Shown here: one piece after another, positions 13,371-27,340 of the stretch
Layout of the letters: each line of letters opens with the position of its first letter
Position numbering within the stretch: the first letter of the stretch is position 1
Assembly (NCBI GenBank): GCA_002245135.1
Contig: NGBS01000017.1
Span: 62,001 to 126,000 of the forward strand
Length of the DNA: 64,000 nucleotides
Source of the DNA: Proteromonas lacertae
Lineage: Eukaryota
Reading direction: 5' to 3'
Translations under genes and position numbers: made by a program
The notes under the pieces: generated by a model
Database searches by the model: none
Seen by the model: the letters and a program-made list of their open reading frames with translations, nothing else
What the model was told of the DNA's origin: nothing

Positions 13371-14225
13371 TTATTCTGGTGGAGTTGGAAACATTTGTGG
13401 AAACTTTTCTTGCATTTGTTCGGGATTTAATCTGCCACTCAACTGTTTCTTCAATTCAATTTTTCCAAGTTCTTTTGATAGATTTCTTCTATTCTCTTCA
13501 ATAGATGGAGCGATATTTTCTGGTGGTAGAAATCCTTTATCTTCAAGTTCATCACGACTATGACTTACAATCAGATAGAATTAAATAGAAACTATTTTAT
13601 ATATTTATTATATTTTAAAATGATATGATTACTTAAGCTTCTTGATAGACTGTCTCTCTTCATTTCTTTTTCTAGTTTCTTCATGTTTTCTTGGATAGCT
13701 GGACTTACTGTTGAATTGATTAAACCTTTTTGTTCAACTTCTTCAATACTTGGACGACTTCCTAAACTTCTTTTCAACTATATATCAGTATATGTTAAAA
13801 ACTATATACTGATGATCTTTTCATATTCATATCAAGTTCACAAGCTAGTTGACGTAAAGCTGGAGCAATCTGAGCTTCTATTTTTATTACATATTCTAAA
13901 TTTTTATACCTTTCACAATACCTTGTGCTTCTAATTCATCTATGCTTGATCTGTTCTTCAATTGATTTGACACCTATAATATTCTATCAATTAATCTTAT
14001 ACAGCTGCACTTTTTAAATTGGTCTCTAAAGCCTTAGCATTCGCTGCAATCGCTGGTGATACACTAGAATCTAAATATAAAACAACATAAAATACTTTGT
14101 ATAACTCCTGATCGTTGTAATGATTCAATTTCACTTCTATTACTAAGAGACTTCTCCAATTCTACTGATTTTTCTCTGATCTATATAAGCTTATAAAATA
14201 TAGCTTTAAATACCATCGTAGTCAT
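13371..14225 (-). CDS. Small RPEL-repeat (G-actin-binding-like) protein, 5 repeats
   Basis: The spliced product has repeats LSNRSEIESL, LKNRSSIDEL, LGSRPSIEEV, LSNRHSRDEL, LSGRLNPEQM with vSPaI...LE linkers. Five GT-AG introns plus one AT-AA intron. Confidence 0.8.
13565..13626 (-). other. AT-AA (U12-type) intron, 62 nt
   Basis: ATATCATTTT...TTCTATTTAAT...TGTAA. Removal creates C|GT (Arg) of the RPEL repeat. Confidence 0.72.
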
Positions 14226-14613
14226 ATGTTCTTAGAACTAACGACACAGTTACAAACTATTATGCAAATCGATTCTATTTATATAGTAATTTTCATAATA
14301 AATTTATTCAGAAAATCTATTCTTCTTCGTTTTTATAGCGAAAAAGAATTAATGTTAATAACATTAGATGAACATCATGACATATTTAAACGATTTTCGT
14401 ATGATACAAGTGATATAGAATTTATACATGTTTTTTGCGAAGTTATAGATATGTCATTCAGTATTCAATATATGCAAGTGAGATTTTTATTGACATAATA
14501 AAGTATAAAAGACTATATATGATGAAGAAAAACAAAAAAATATAAAACATCAAAACGAATATATTTTTGAATTTAAATTTCATTTTTTTTGTAACAGTAA
14601 ATATAAATATATA

Positions 14614-15493
14614 ATGTCTGAACTTCCAGCAAGAAAGAAATTATTGGAAAAGCAGCAACAGCAACAGCAAGATTATAGTCAGGAAGAAGAACCCATACAA
14701 AAAGATGCTTGGAAGAACTTTGATGAAAGTTCTGAAGCTGGGAGATTGTTAAGAAAATTATATGGATCAAGAACAAAACCGCAAATAAACTATCCAGCTG
14801 TAAAATTGTCATTTTAACTTAAATAAATTAGGTTAAAACAAAGAAAACTACTGAAAATCGACGTGCATTTGTAATAGGAGGAGGAAAACCAGATGAAGAT
14901 CCTCGTGAAAAGAGATTACTAGATGCTAAAGTAAACGTTCCAAAATTCTATCATAAAAGTGAATATAAATTTTACCCAATTGATTTTGTTCAAAGAAAAC
15001 GATTATTAGCAGACATAAAAAGAGAATGGAAAGAAATTGAAAGAGATAGAGATATATACAGACCACCAATGACAAAAGAAGTAGCTAGCAGTATATATAT
15101 ATCAGTAATTTAGTTAATTATTCAATAGAAGCTGAAATAGAAAGATTACAATTAGAGTATCAATTTAAAGGAGGAAAAGCCTTACCTGAGTGTATAGCCT
15201 ATCCAGCATTTGAAGGTGATTTACAGCAGAAATTCATGGAAATATCAGAAAGGAAGAAAGTATTAGCTAAACCTATAGGCGATCCTGACAAATTAACGAA
15301 AGAAGAATATAATATACTATTTGATGAAATAATGACGGAAATAGATGAACGACAGAAGTATTTAGTGCAAATGATGGATTTGGGCAATAGAAACCTTCAA
15401 GTTGAGAGAAGAATAAAATCTGAGATAGATGATAGAATAACTGATCTGGAAAGGTTGGATCAGATATTAGAATCTGTTGAAAGTAATGAATAG
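14614..15493 (+). CDS. UPF0193/EVG1-like conserved protein
   Basis: Two GT-AG introns join the ORFs. The C-terminus LFDEIMTEIDERQKYLVQMMDLG...IKSEIDDRITDLERLD resembles UPF0193. Confidence 0.6.
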
Positions 15494-15601
15494 ATAATTT
15501 AATCGTTTATTTAGTTTTTTTTATGTTTTTTTGAAAATTGGTGTATGAAAAGAATTACGTAATTGTTGAAGTAAATTACATCATTTTTTTTTATAAATTC
15601 A

Positions 15602-16680
15602 ATGTTTGTTATTATTCTTAGCTATTTGGTTGATTATTTATCTTGGAGTATTGTTCAGTATTGGGTATTTCATTTACAAGAAGTTTTTCCAGGTATAATT
15701 GCTTGATATAGAAAGTAATAGTCAAAATTTGATGTTAAAGGAAGATGGGCTATAATAACTGGTGGATCGGGTGGAATTGGAAGTGGTATTATATAATATA
15801 AACATTATTTATTCTAAAATTCTAATTCTACAAATAGTTGTTGCAAGAAAACTAGCAGAAAAGGGATGTAACATTATTTTATGGGATATTAATAAATCTG
15901 GACTGGATAGAATAAAAAGTGAGTTAGAATCAGTCTATAAGTCTATCAAGGTATTGACATATGTTGTTGATGTTTCGAAATCTGACAAAGTTCATAAATG
16001 CAGTGAAGAAATACAGAAAGAACTCAAAGAAGAATATGTGTCAATTCTATTCAACAATGCTGGAGTAGCTGCCAAGAAAACGATATTAGAAATGACAACA
16101 CAAGACATAGATAAAACAATAAGTGTAAATACAAATGCATATTTATACACAATCAAAGAATTCTTACCAAATATGATAAAACATAATGATGGATTTTTAA
16201 TACATACTTCTTCAGTTGCTGGTTTTACTCCAGCTCCACACTTAGTGTATTATTGTTATTGTTATTATTGAATAGTGAATATAACGCTAGTAAATATGCA
16301 GTGATGGGAATGCATGAAGGTTTGATGATGGAATTACCAACAATTGGAGGTGATAATATAAACTGTTGTATTATTTGTCCATTCTTTGTGAAAACTCCTT
16401 TATTTGTGAATGCTTATCAAGATAAAGGTGAGAATGCGATTATGAATATAATATCTCCAATATTAACTCCTGATTATGTTGCTGAACAAATTGTTAATGG
16501 AATTATTAATCGTGAGAGATATGTTGTTATTCCACAATATTTGTATTATCTTGTTCATACAGTAAAGCTATTACCATATCCAATATTTAGTTTCATAACA
16601 AAATTAGTTGTATATTTTATATTAATGCTATGTTATACATCATATAGGGATTGGATAAAGCTATGACAAGCTGTCATTGA
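15602..16680 (+). CDS. Membrane-anchored short-chain dehydrogenase/reductase (RDH10/17b-HSD11-like)
   Basis: TGGSGGIG, LWDIN, NNAG, SSVAG, YNASK, CPFFVKT. N-terminal TM helix needs removal of one base near 15615. Confidence 0.88.
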
Positions 16681-16911
16681 ATAATTAATAGTTTCATTGT
16701 ATCTGTATTGATTTTTTGTTATAAATTATGTATATTTTGCCATCCAATTTACCATATAGCAATTGTAATTGCATTATATACACTGTATGCTATAAAATAT
16801 GAAATTTTATGAAAAAGACGTTTTTTTAATTCAAAAAATAGACCGTTTCATAAAAAAACGTTTATTATAATCTGAAGTATATATCAGTCATATCATTATT
16901 TTATAGTTACC

Positions 16912-18579
16912 ATGTCATCAGCCAATTACAGCGCAAGCACTAGAATGGTAGCTTTACAAAAAAGAGAGCAATTGAAAGATGCTTTAGGTAAAAAGTATCA
17001 AATAAAGTTCGGTACTGTATATATTATTTGTATTTATTATTCTATAGAAATATGCTAATTTAATATTCTCTGAAGTATCAAAATTTCTTCAAAATAGCAG
17101 ATTAACTGAAGAAAACTTATTAGAATTAGAGAAAAACATTAAAATAAGAATAGATTCAGCAAGACATAACAGATTACAAGCATCAGTATATTTTTTTAGT
17201 CAATTATATAAATAATAGGCTAAATCATCATTAGCAACAGGTTCAGCAAATTCATCTCGTCCTATATCCAACGATTATCAACAGAAAACACAACAAAAAC
17301 AAACTGCTAAATTACCTTCAATCAATAGTTCAAGAAGATCATCAGTCCGATTCAACCAATCGTAGAAATAATAACTACAATAATTACAACGATGATGATG
17401 ATGATGATATAAGCTCCATAAATCCAAATCAAAAGATATCTGATTCAGATGTTTACAATCCTTTCTTAGATATCGAAAAGCCTTATTATCCTCAGTACAA
17501 GCCACAAACAGAAGACGATGAATGGGCACAAATTGCTCGATTAAAGAAGCAAATGTGGATAAAAGCCGAAGAAGAGAGAGAAAGAATTGAAGAACAAAAA
17601 AAGGTAGAAACATGTAAAACATTAGATTCTCAAGTATTAGAAAAAGATGAAATAAAAAGAAGAGAAATTGAAGCACATGAAAGATGGGTAAAACAAGAAA
17701 AAGAAAGAATGGCAAGAGAAGAAGAAGAGGAAAAGGAAAAACAAAGATTATTGAAATTAAAGGTGTTAGAAGAGAAAAAGATGAGAGAAGATCAAGTGAG
17801 ACAATCAAAAGAGAGAAGACTATTAGAAAGAGAAAAAGAAAAGAAGCAAGCTAAGATTATGGTAGCTAAACTACAACAACAAATAAAAGATGGAAGAAGA
17901 TGAAGAAATTCGTAAAAGAAGAGAAGAGAAAGAAAGACTTCGAACATTCTTATTAGAAAATGATAAATATAAATTAGAAAAGAAGAAAGAGCTTGAGCTT
18001 GAACGAGCCAAAGATCGTCAAGCTATAAAAGATGAAATTGCTTTAGGTGAAAGACAAGAAGCTGAAAGAAGAGAAGAAGAAAGATTGAGACAAGAAAAGA
18101 TCAACAGAAGAGTAGAAATGATGTTAGAAAGTGATCCAGTGAAAGAAGCAGCTGCTGCTGCTAAAAGAGATGAAGAAAGAATGAGAAAAATGGAAATACA
18201 GCATGAAATAGAAGAAGATGAAAAAGAGCGAAAAAGAAATGAAGATGCATGGAATAGAAATCAAAAACAAGCAAGATTACTACGAGAACAAATGGAAGAA
18301 AGAAAACAAATGAAAATTCAAGAAAAAGAGCAAGAAAGAATATATCAAATTAGATTTAAGAAGGAATTAGAAGATGCTTTAGCTCAAGAACAAGAGGAAA
18401 AGAGAAGAAAGAGAGAAACTAATAAAATTTGGGCAAAGAAATTGGAAGAACAAATGGCTGAGACAAGAGAAGATCCAAATGATATGAGTAATAGAGAAAG
18501 AGCATTGAATAGTAAATTATTAAAAGCAGCTCAAAGTGGTGGATTAGGTATGCCAATTGAAAAAGAATGGAATTTATAA
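16912..18579 (+). CDS. Trichohyalin-plectin-homology-like E/R/K coiled-coil protein (possibly cilia-associated)
   Basis: ATG 16912, two GT-AG introns, DDEWAQI motif, long charged coiled coil, MSNRERALNSKLL tail. Apparent +1 indels at ~17347 and ~17888. Confidence 0.6.
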
Positions 18580-18700
18580 GAGAGAGATTGTTATAATGAA
18601 AATATCCATCATCTTTTTTTTGTGTAATTTATTTAAAGAAAATAATATATTATTATATAATAGCAATATTTTGAATTGGTTGTTTGAAATTGTAATAATA

Positions 18701-21700
18701 CTATTTAATATTGAAGAATTCTTCTGATAATTCTTTCTTTTCTTCTTCTGGCATTCCATCTATTTTTATTATTCTAATTGATGAAAATGTTTCTAAAAAT
18801 GATCTTAATTCTGATTTATCTATGTTCTCTTTAATTGTTATTGATAACTCTTCTAAACAATCAAAAACATCTTCATTTTCTTCCATCAATCTCAATTCTC
18901 TTTCATCTAATTCATTTCCTTTCAAATCTATCTTTTTAAATGGATTATTATAATCTTTTAATCTTTCAATTAACATTTTCAATCCTCTGTCACTTATTTT
19001 AATACTTGATAAATTTAATGATACAGGGTTACTGTAAACATTAATTATAATAAATTTATCTAAATTACTACATATTATTTCTATCCCTTCATCTCCAATT
19101 GGATTATTAAATATGGAGATATATTTAACATTTTTTGAAATAGAATCAGTTAATTCTTTTAATCCTTTAGAAGTGATTTTGTTGTTGGATAAATTTAGTT
19201 CCGAATAGTTTATCTGTTTTATTAATGAAATATAAGAATCATTCAAATTTAAATCTATTTCATTATATAATAACATGATATACTTGAAAAATCATAATTG
19301 TTAAAAAGAAAATGTTTTTTCTTTTTTATACAATAATCTAAACAATATTCCAATTCTTCATTTGTCCAGGATGAATTTTTCATTTCTATAAATGGATATT
19401 CTTCTTTTTCTAATGACTTTGAACAAATTGATTTTAACACATTAAAACTTATATTATTTCCATTTAGATTTATTATGTTACATCCTCTAATTGAATCTAA
19501 TGCATTTGTTAATAATACTTCACTTTCATCATCTATTGATGTATTAATCAAGTTTATTTCCTTTGTATGTATATCAATAAACATGCGTAAATTATTTTCC
19601 AACAATTTTAATCCATTATTTCCAATTGGATTATCTATTAAACAAAAATAAAAATATTTATAATAAATAAATATATACTGTAAATCAATAATCTCTCAAT
19701 GTTATTATTCTTTTCCATATAATTCATCAAATATTCTATTCCAACTGAATCTATATTATTATCACTTATATCAAGCAATCTTATCTTTTTTATAATTCTC
19801 TTTAAACCATCAACTAAATATTTCAATCCAACTGACGTTAATCCCATTTCTATAGTATATAAAATAATGATAATACTTGAACATTCGATTGTATAGTCAT
19901 TATGATTATAGTACTTAATCATTAGCAAATGCAGAACATTAGAAAATAATTTCATTCCTTTATCTCCTATCAAATTTTCTTTAATATGAAGATATTGAAG
20001 ATTTGGAAATGAATATAAATTATTTATAAGTATTTCTATGCTTTTATGTGTAAGTCTGTTATCTAAATGTTAGAAAAATATCTAATTATACTTCTTAAAT
20101 CTAAACATTCAATCTTTCTCATTTCTCTGAATTCGTTTGATCTTAATGAAATGAATGATTTGAAAAAATCATCATCAATATCTAAATTATTGAGATGTAT
20201 TATATTATTCCAATCTTTTATGTATTTTATTAATACTGGAATATCTTTATCGATCAATAATTCTTTACATTCATTAAAAGTAAATTCTACTTTTGAAATA
20301 GGAAATTTGGAGAATAAAGCTTTTAATCCTTTTGAATGAATATTATTGTTATATTTTATATCTATTTTGGTTAGTTGACGGTACTTATATAACTCTTTTG
20401 ATAATAATATCATTGATTCGTCATTTAACCTTTTTCCACAAAACCTCAATTGTTTATTCTTATCAATTAATAAATGTATATATGGGAGTAATAATTTGAA
20501 GTATTTTGAATCAATATGTTTAGCTATATCAAAATAATATTCAATCATAATAATATTAAATACATTCAAGATTTACACATTTTAATTTCATGAATGGAAT
20601 TGATTTAACAAATGAGCTAACAAAATATGAAGTAACAGAGAGTTCTGATAAATCAACATCTTGCAAGTTGTTTAATTGGGAAAATAATGATCCAAATAAC
20701 GATTCACATTGGGGTTGAATATTAATTATATAAGAACCATGAACTATAAAAATAATATCGATTATAAATATACCAAATATGAGTTTTGTTGGATTGATTA
20801 ATTTCAATATTCTGAATAAATAATTCAATCCTTTTTCACAGAAACAAATATATTCTGAATTAATCTTGATTATATCATCTTTATCATCATAAATGCCAAA
20901 TATTATTGTATCTAAATAACATTCTCTTCTTTCTTTACATTTGTGATGAATTTGAAATTTCAATTTATCATGAATTGATTCATCTTTTTTGTATATTTTC
21001 ATCATCAATAATATTGATAGAATTCTTTCACTTGGTTTAGTATTGTAGGATTTTATAAAACCATCTCGAATTTCTTCCCATTTATCACTTTCAAGATAAT
21101 AAGCTGACGGATATAATATTGAAAATGTAACTATATTTTTATCACTGTTATGTAACATTTCTTTTCTTTCTTCACATATCATTACATTATCTTCCTCATC
21201 TTTTATCATTTCACTCATTTTTATCATTTCTTTCTTCAACTCTTTTAAACTCAATCTATCTTCATCTTTCACTTTTAACATTCTGTCAATTATTTCTTTC
21301 ATTTTCTCATCTTTGATTATATCTTTATTATATTCACATTTTAACATATTTATTATTGGATGCTTCTGTGATCCATTCACATAAAATGGTAATTCATGTG
21401 TCAGTAACTCATATAATATGCAACCAATTGACCAAACGCAACTATTTTTCATTTATATCACTTTCAATACACATCAATTGTCCAACATTCATAAAACATT
21501 ATATCATTGATACTCACATCCTTGTTTGTTAACTAATGTGTTTACGTATAAATCACATATCCTTAAATTATCATATATCCCATCATTACATTCATACACT
21601 ATATTAGAGCTCTTCAAATAACCAACCAATATATTAAATTCACTCAATATCATCAATACATTGCATATTGATGTTATTACTCTGCAAATATCATTTTTTG

Positions 21701-22278
21701 ATAATACTTTATTGTGAATCAACTCTTCTAAATCTATAAAGTAATAATCTCGTGATATTCTTATATATTCATTATTTCTATTCAATTGTAGTACTTTGGA
21801 AGGATAGACCCATGAAATACAATAATCTGATAATATTGAGTTATTCTCTAAGAACTCTGATACTGTATTTTCCTTTATACCCGAAATATTAATAATTTTC
21901 ACAATTTCATTACTATTTTGATGTTGTACTACCAAATCTATTTCACTATCATTTTTTATTTTTCTTTCTTTTATCTATTACGATAAAATTAACTACAATA
22001 CCGTATAAAATGGTAAAATTGATGACACTATATCTTTGTTGAAAGATTTTAAAAAACTGCTCATTTCTTCTCCATATTTAGTCTAAATATGTAAAATAGT
22101 AATATACTTCAGCAGTGTATGGTGATAATGAAGAAAATACTTCATCTATGAAAGATCCTTCATTATTATTTCTTTCATCTCCTTGCTTTACTCTACAAAA
22201 TAAGTAAAAAAGTACTTGAGTATTGCATGGTAATATTGAAGATAATACATAATCCACAAAATCATTTAAGAAATTCAT
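18701..22278 (-). CDS. Pseudokinase-LRR protein, copy 2
   Basis: VGYLKSSN/CDLY/WSIGCILYEL kinase fold. LRR exons homologous to copy 1, with near-identical patches (19081-19260 vs 4921-5100). Three +1 homopolymer indels at ~21446-21520. Confidence 0.78.
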
Positions 22279-22420
22279 CTTTCAAACTTGTTCGGGATTT
22301 CAGAATATTAATCCGTTTCATTTCAGTTATTCATTTTATTTCAATCAAAACAACAATTGCAATAATGATTTATATTAATTAATACTATTTCATCAATTTA
22401 CTGTATTAATATACCAAAAT

Positions 22421-25400
22421 TTATGAATGTGAAAAAGATGAAGAGTATGAAGATGAACGAGAAGATGACGAAGAAGAATATGAAGAAGAATATGAAGATG
22501 AAGAAGATCTAGATGATTTTTTACTATCACTTTTGGGTGGTGAGAATAATGACTTTTTCACTTCACTAACCTCAGGTGTTAAGAAAGATTCTGAGTTATT
22601 ATTATTATTTTCATCTTTCGCTTTCTCTTCATCTTTTTCACTTTCTTTTAATTGTATTTCATCTTTTTCTTTTTCTTCATTTTCATGAACAGACTGTATA
22701 ACTTTTAAAGGAGAAGTAGAAGAAGATGATAATTCAGAATCTGTTCTATTATGTTGAATTAGTCGTTTTATATGTGGAGGTAATGTTAGTTGTATTTCAT
22801 CTAATTCATTTTCATAATTATTATCCTCTCTATATTCTTCATTTTCTTCTTTGTTATTATTAATTGATGTTTCATTTTTCTTACTTTCTTCTTCTTCAAT
22901 ATTATTATTTTTATTAAAATTATTACTATTTCCAACAGCAAATGGAGGTGGTAATGGTGATTCTGTTGATGATGATTTATTCAATGATAATGTTCTATGT
23001 GAAGTTGCAATATCAGGTGATTTTTCAGATATAGAAGATGATAAATTCGGTATTGGATATTGTGACCAAACATTCTCTTGTTGTTGTTGTTGTTGGCTTT
23101 CCTTTTTAATCCTATCACGATTCAAACTTGATTTTCTCATTTCATAGATTGGCTTATCTCTTCTATTTATAGATGAAATTCTACTCTCTTGAGAAATCCT
23201 TCGTTTTCTAATAGCAGCATCAGCAACACTGTGGATTTGAGCTGGTACATAAACATTTGAATGAGTTTCAAGATCAATATCAGATAAGAATTCATGTATA
23301 CTTCTTGGAGGGCAAAATGATTGAATTGGTAAATTCATTTTTTCTATATCTTCATTAATGTTCTCTTTATCAATATAAATTGGTTGACTAATTATATTAC
23401 TATCTAATAATTGCTCTTTCATCAAATCATATGCTTCATTAGAAATCCCTTTAATACAATCAAAATCTGATCTTTGTAATGACAATATCTGTGATGCAAT
23501 TGTTGCTTGACAATCACTACAATGAATGCAAGAAATAGATATAGGAACAAGCATTGAAGCTTGACCTACAATATCACCTACTTTTAATAAATGATTTTCA
23601 CCTTTCATTGAATGAATTACTAATTCTCCATGTAATATGAAATACAATTCATTTATATCTTCACCTGTTCTCCATATATAATCATGAGCTCTTGCCTGAT
23701 AACATCGAAATAATGGCCAAATATAAGCCATAAACCCTGGAAATGCTTGTTCTAATTCACTTAATAGGTTAAATGTTGAAACTAATGGATCAGTTGAGAT
23801 TTCTAATACTTCTCTCTTTAACATATTTGGATAATTATGAAATATTTCATTTATATCAAATCCACTTTGCATAGTCAAAGTATAATCACTTATTTTACAC
23901 AATCTTTGAGTCATTTTATCTGGTAAATCATTATCACCAGCATATCCCGTGATAATTCTCAATTTATCTTTTCTCATTTCTTTACCAGGATTTACACTTT
24001 GAACAGAAGCCATAACACTTGATACTAAATAAGACATAACTGTTGTACCGACTATCAATAATACACAACTTACTAACATCTCAGCAATATTATCATGATT
24101 TGGAGTTATATCTCCATAACCAACTGTACCCATTAAAGTAAATGCAAAATAAACAGAAGTTAAATACTTATCACCTAAACTCTCTTTATATAATGGAATA
24201 CATTCTAATGTTTTAACATTATGAGTAATATTTTCTCTTAATACACAGTAATCATCAATCCATTTACCACCCTTTTTACTAGTGGAATAAGTCGATGTTC
24301 CATACCATATACAGGCAGTATAATGAGCAATAAAGAACATAATGAATAACTCTTTAATGATTTGTTGGATCATTGGATTAACTATCATATTCAAGGTAGA
24401 AAATAGATTGATTTTATCCAATTTCATTCTTTTATTAAATCTGAATAGTTTTATTACTTTTATCATTTTTACTGCTCTTATAGCTGGAATATCATTCCAT
24501 ATTGCATCAAATGGAAATGCAGCAATAAAATCAATCCAAAAATCAAATTTCAAATAATTAATAGCAATATCTTTCCTTTTATAATTTGGTTGATCCAATG
24601 TGGTTAATAAACCAGTATTAAATGATAATATAATATCAATATAGAAGATTATAGTTATAACATACATATCAAAATAATAAAAGAAATCTCTTTTTGTCTT
24701 TATATCATATCCTATCATAATAGGGACTTCAATTATTATATAAATGATTAAAAATCCAACAAAAATGTCCCACAAGATTATAGCTGGATGATATGGGTAT
24801 ATCACAAAGTTATGCTTGACAAAAGAATCCCATTTTGCTTCATTTAAGATATCTATATTACTGAAACGGCTCTATTTACAATAATATATAATAATATATA
24901 TACTCCAATAGAAGAATCTTCTTCTTTCTCATTTTCATTATCCATAAATACACATGTATTGTTACTTCTAACTATATTCTTTTGACTTATTCCTTCTTCT
25001 TTCATCTCATTGATAATATCATTTATCTTATCCATTATACTCATCTCAGTAAGAAACAAATTATCTTCAAAATAAGGATATTTTGTTACTAAGTCTAAAA
25101 TATCAGCACTTCGAGCAAATAACAATTCACTTTTACCTCCATCACAAAATACATTGTAAGAATAAACACTTTCATTTACATTTAATGAATCTCTACCAAA
25201 AAATTCACCACTTGGCATTTCACCCATTATGGTTGTAGTTATATTTGATTTATGAGCATCTATCTTATCAACTGGTAAACCATAATACAACTGACCATTT
25301 CTTAATACAAATATTTGATAGGCAATCTCACCTCGAATCATAATAAACTCGCCTTTGATTGCATAGAATGGAAATAATAAATGAACAAATTGACAAACGG

Positions 25401-26878
25401 CAGAATAGTTGTTATAACATTTAAAGATATTTACATCATTTATTACAGAATTATATGTTTTATAAACTAAAGCTACCTGATCTCGTGATGGAAATTTACT
25501 AAGGATTGAAGCTTCATCAAGTACTGATTTCTTATTTTCACTGTATTTTTCATGAGCTTCTAATCTTTTACGAAGATTTACTGGAATATGTCGATCCAAC
25601 TATAAACATTATAATAATATATATTATATACACAATAATTGGTTAAAACTTCTAAATTTTTTCTTCTTATTGTTTCAGTTATATGATAATCTTCTAATAA
25701 TAAAGAAACATGGCCAACAATATAACCTAATATTATTGCACCAATTATCATTGACAATGAAGCTACAATCTTTTCTGCTGTATTATAAGCACAAATATCT
25801 CCAAATCCAACGGTTGTCATACTATTTAATTATTATAAATATATAATATATATACGTTGTAAATGCCCAATATATAGATATTACATATTGTTTTACTTTA
25901 TCATTTAAATCTATATCGATTATATGAATCCAATCAATATCCTATACATTATAATAATCAACAAATAAATATAATAATAATAATAATAATATACATCATT
26001 CTTCATTGAGATTGTACTATACCATAAACACGCTATTAAATGACCACAGATAAATAATGATAAAATGAATGATATTAAAGCGATTGTAGAATCACAAATA
26101 CTCATGATTTCAGCTGTTGTTGTGAAATATTTTACAATTAAATGAAAAGATTTGGAATATCGAAATAATCGAAATATTTTCAATAATCTTAATAACTTTA
26201 TTGATATATGAACTTCAGCTATTTATTATTATTATGTTATATATAATATATACGAAATATTATATTCCATGGAACTGTAGCAATTACATCAAATAATAAC
26301 CAGGTTTGAATATAATGTCTACCGATTGATCGACCTTCATAGACTGTTCCTTTGTGATCTTCATAAGCTACTCGGAAATTGATTATTATATCTATCACAA
26401 ATAAACTAAATATAATCCAATCGATTATTTCAAACACAAAACTATTTGCTGAGTCAAATGCACATTCGAATGGAAGGATTATTAGACAGTATAATATACT
26501 AATTGTCATTATCGATTCCCACATCAACAGAAAAATAGAATTTGGATCAAAAATGAATTTGTGATATTTTTTCATGTATATTTGTAAAGAATCATCGGCA
26601 ACTTGAGTTTTTACATCCTGAGGAGTGGTCATACCTTCGATTTGAGATTCTTTTCGACGATGACCTCCTACACCTCCATTCAACGTCTTTCGAGGATGTC
26701 GAACTTTCTTCTGAAATCCATATATTGGAGTGACTCTCACACCATTATCTTTTAAACCTTCACCAGGCATTATAACTACACACAATAAATATTCATCATA
26801 TATACACTTAATTTTCATCGATCTACTTCTTGTACTAGTAGGCCGATTCTGTACAACAGCCGCTGCTGCAGAAAACAT
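22421..26878 (-). CDS. Tandem two-module cyclic-nucleotide-binding-domain K+ channel (KCNH/CNGK-like)
   Basis: GT-AG introns join the ORFs into two 6TM+CNBD modules. Pores TMTTVGFGD and GTVGYGD, S4 segments LLRLLKIFRLFR and AVKMIKVIKLFR, low-complexity Ser-rich tail. Confidence 0.88.
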
Positions 26879-27340
26879 ATTTATAATAGTGTAACTTTGA
26901 ACTTATGTTAGAAGTATTTCTATTTCAAATCGAAAATTCTAATTGTATATAGAATATTTGAATATGATGAAATAATTTTGTTAAAAGATGTAGTTTCTAA
27001 AAATGCAATTAATGTAGTAGATAACGATTTAGACTGATTTTTAATCTTTGTGTAGTGAGAGAAAAGACGTTAAAATATTAAATGAAAGTTTATATTTATG
27101 TATAAGATCACATATATTTTGATGTTTTGTTAATCGTAATAAATCATTTATAAAAAATTATATATAACACTTGATTCATCTGAAATAATATGCTCAAAAT
27201 AGCAATATTAAACTCAAATAAAATAACAATATTGTATTTACATTCTTATATCAACAATTAAATCACATTTTAAGTTTGGGGTTATTCAAAATTTTGATAA
27301 AAATCAAATTTCGTTATTTTTGTTATATATTTACATAAAG

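Noticed and set aside
14226..14498. 90-aa ORF in the divergent intergenic region
   Set aside because: No motif, intron or codon pattern supporting a gene.
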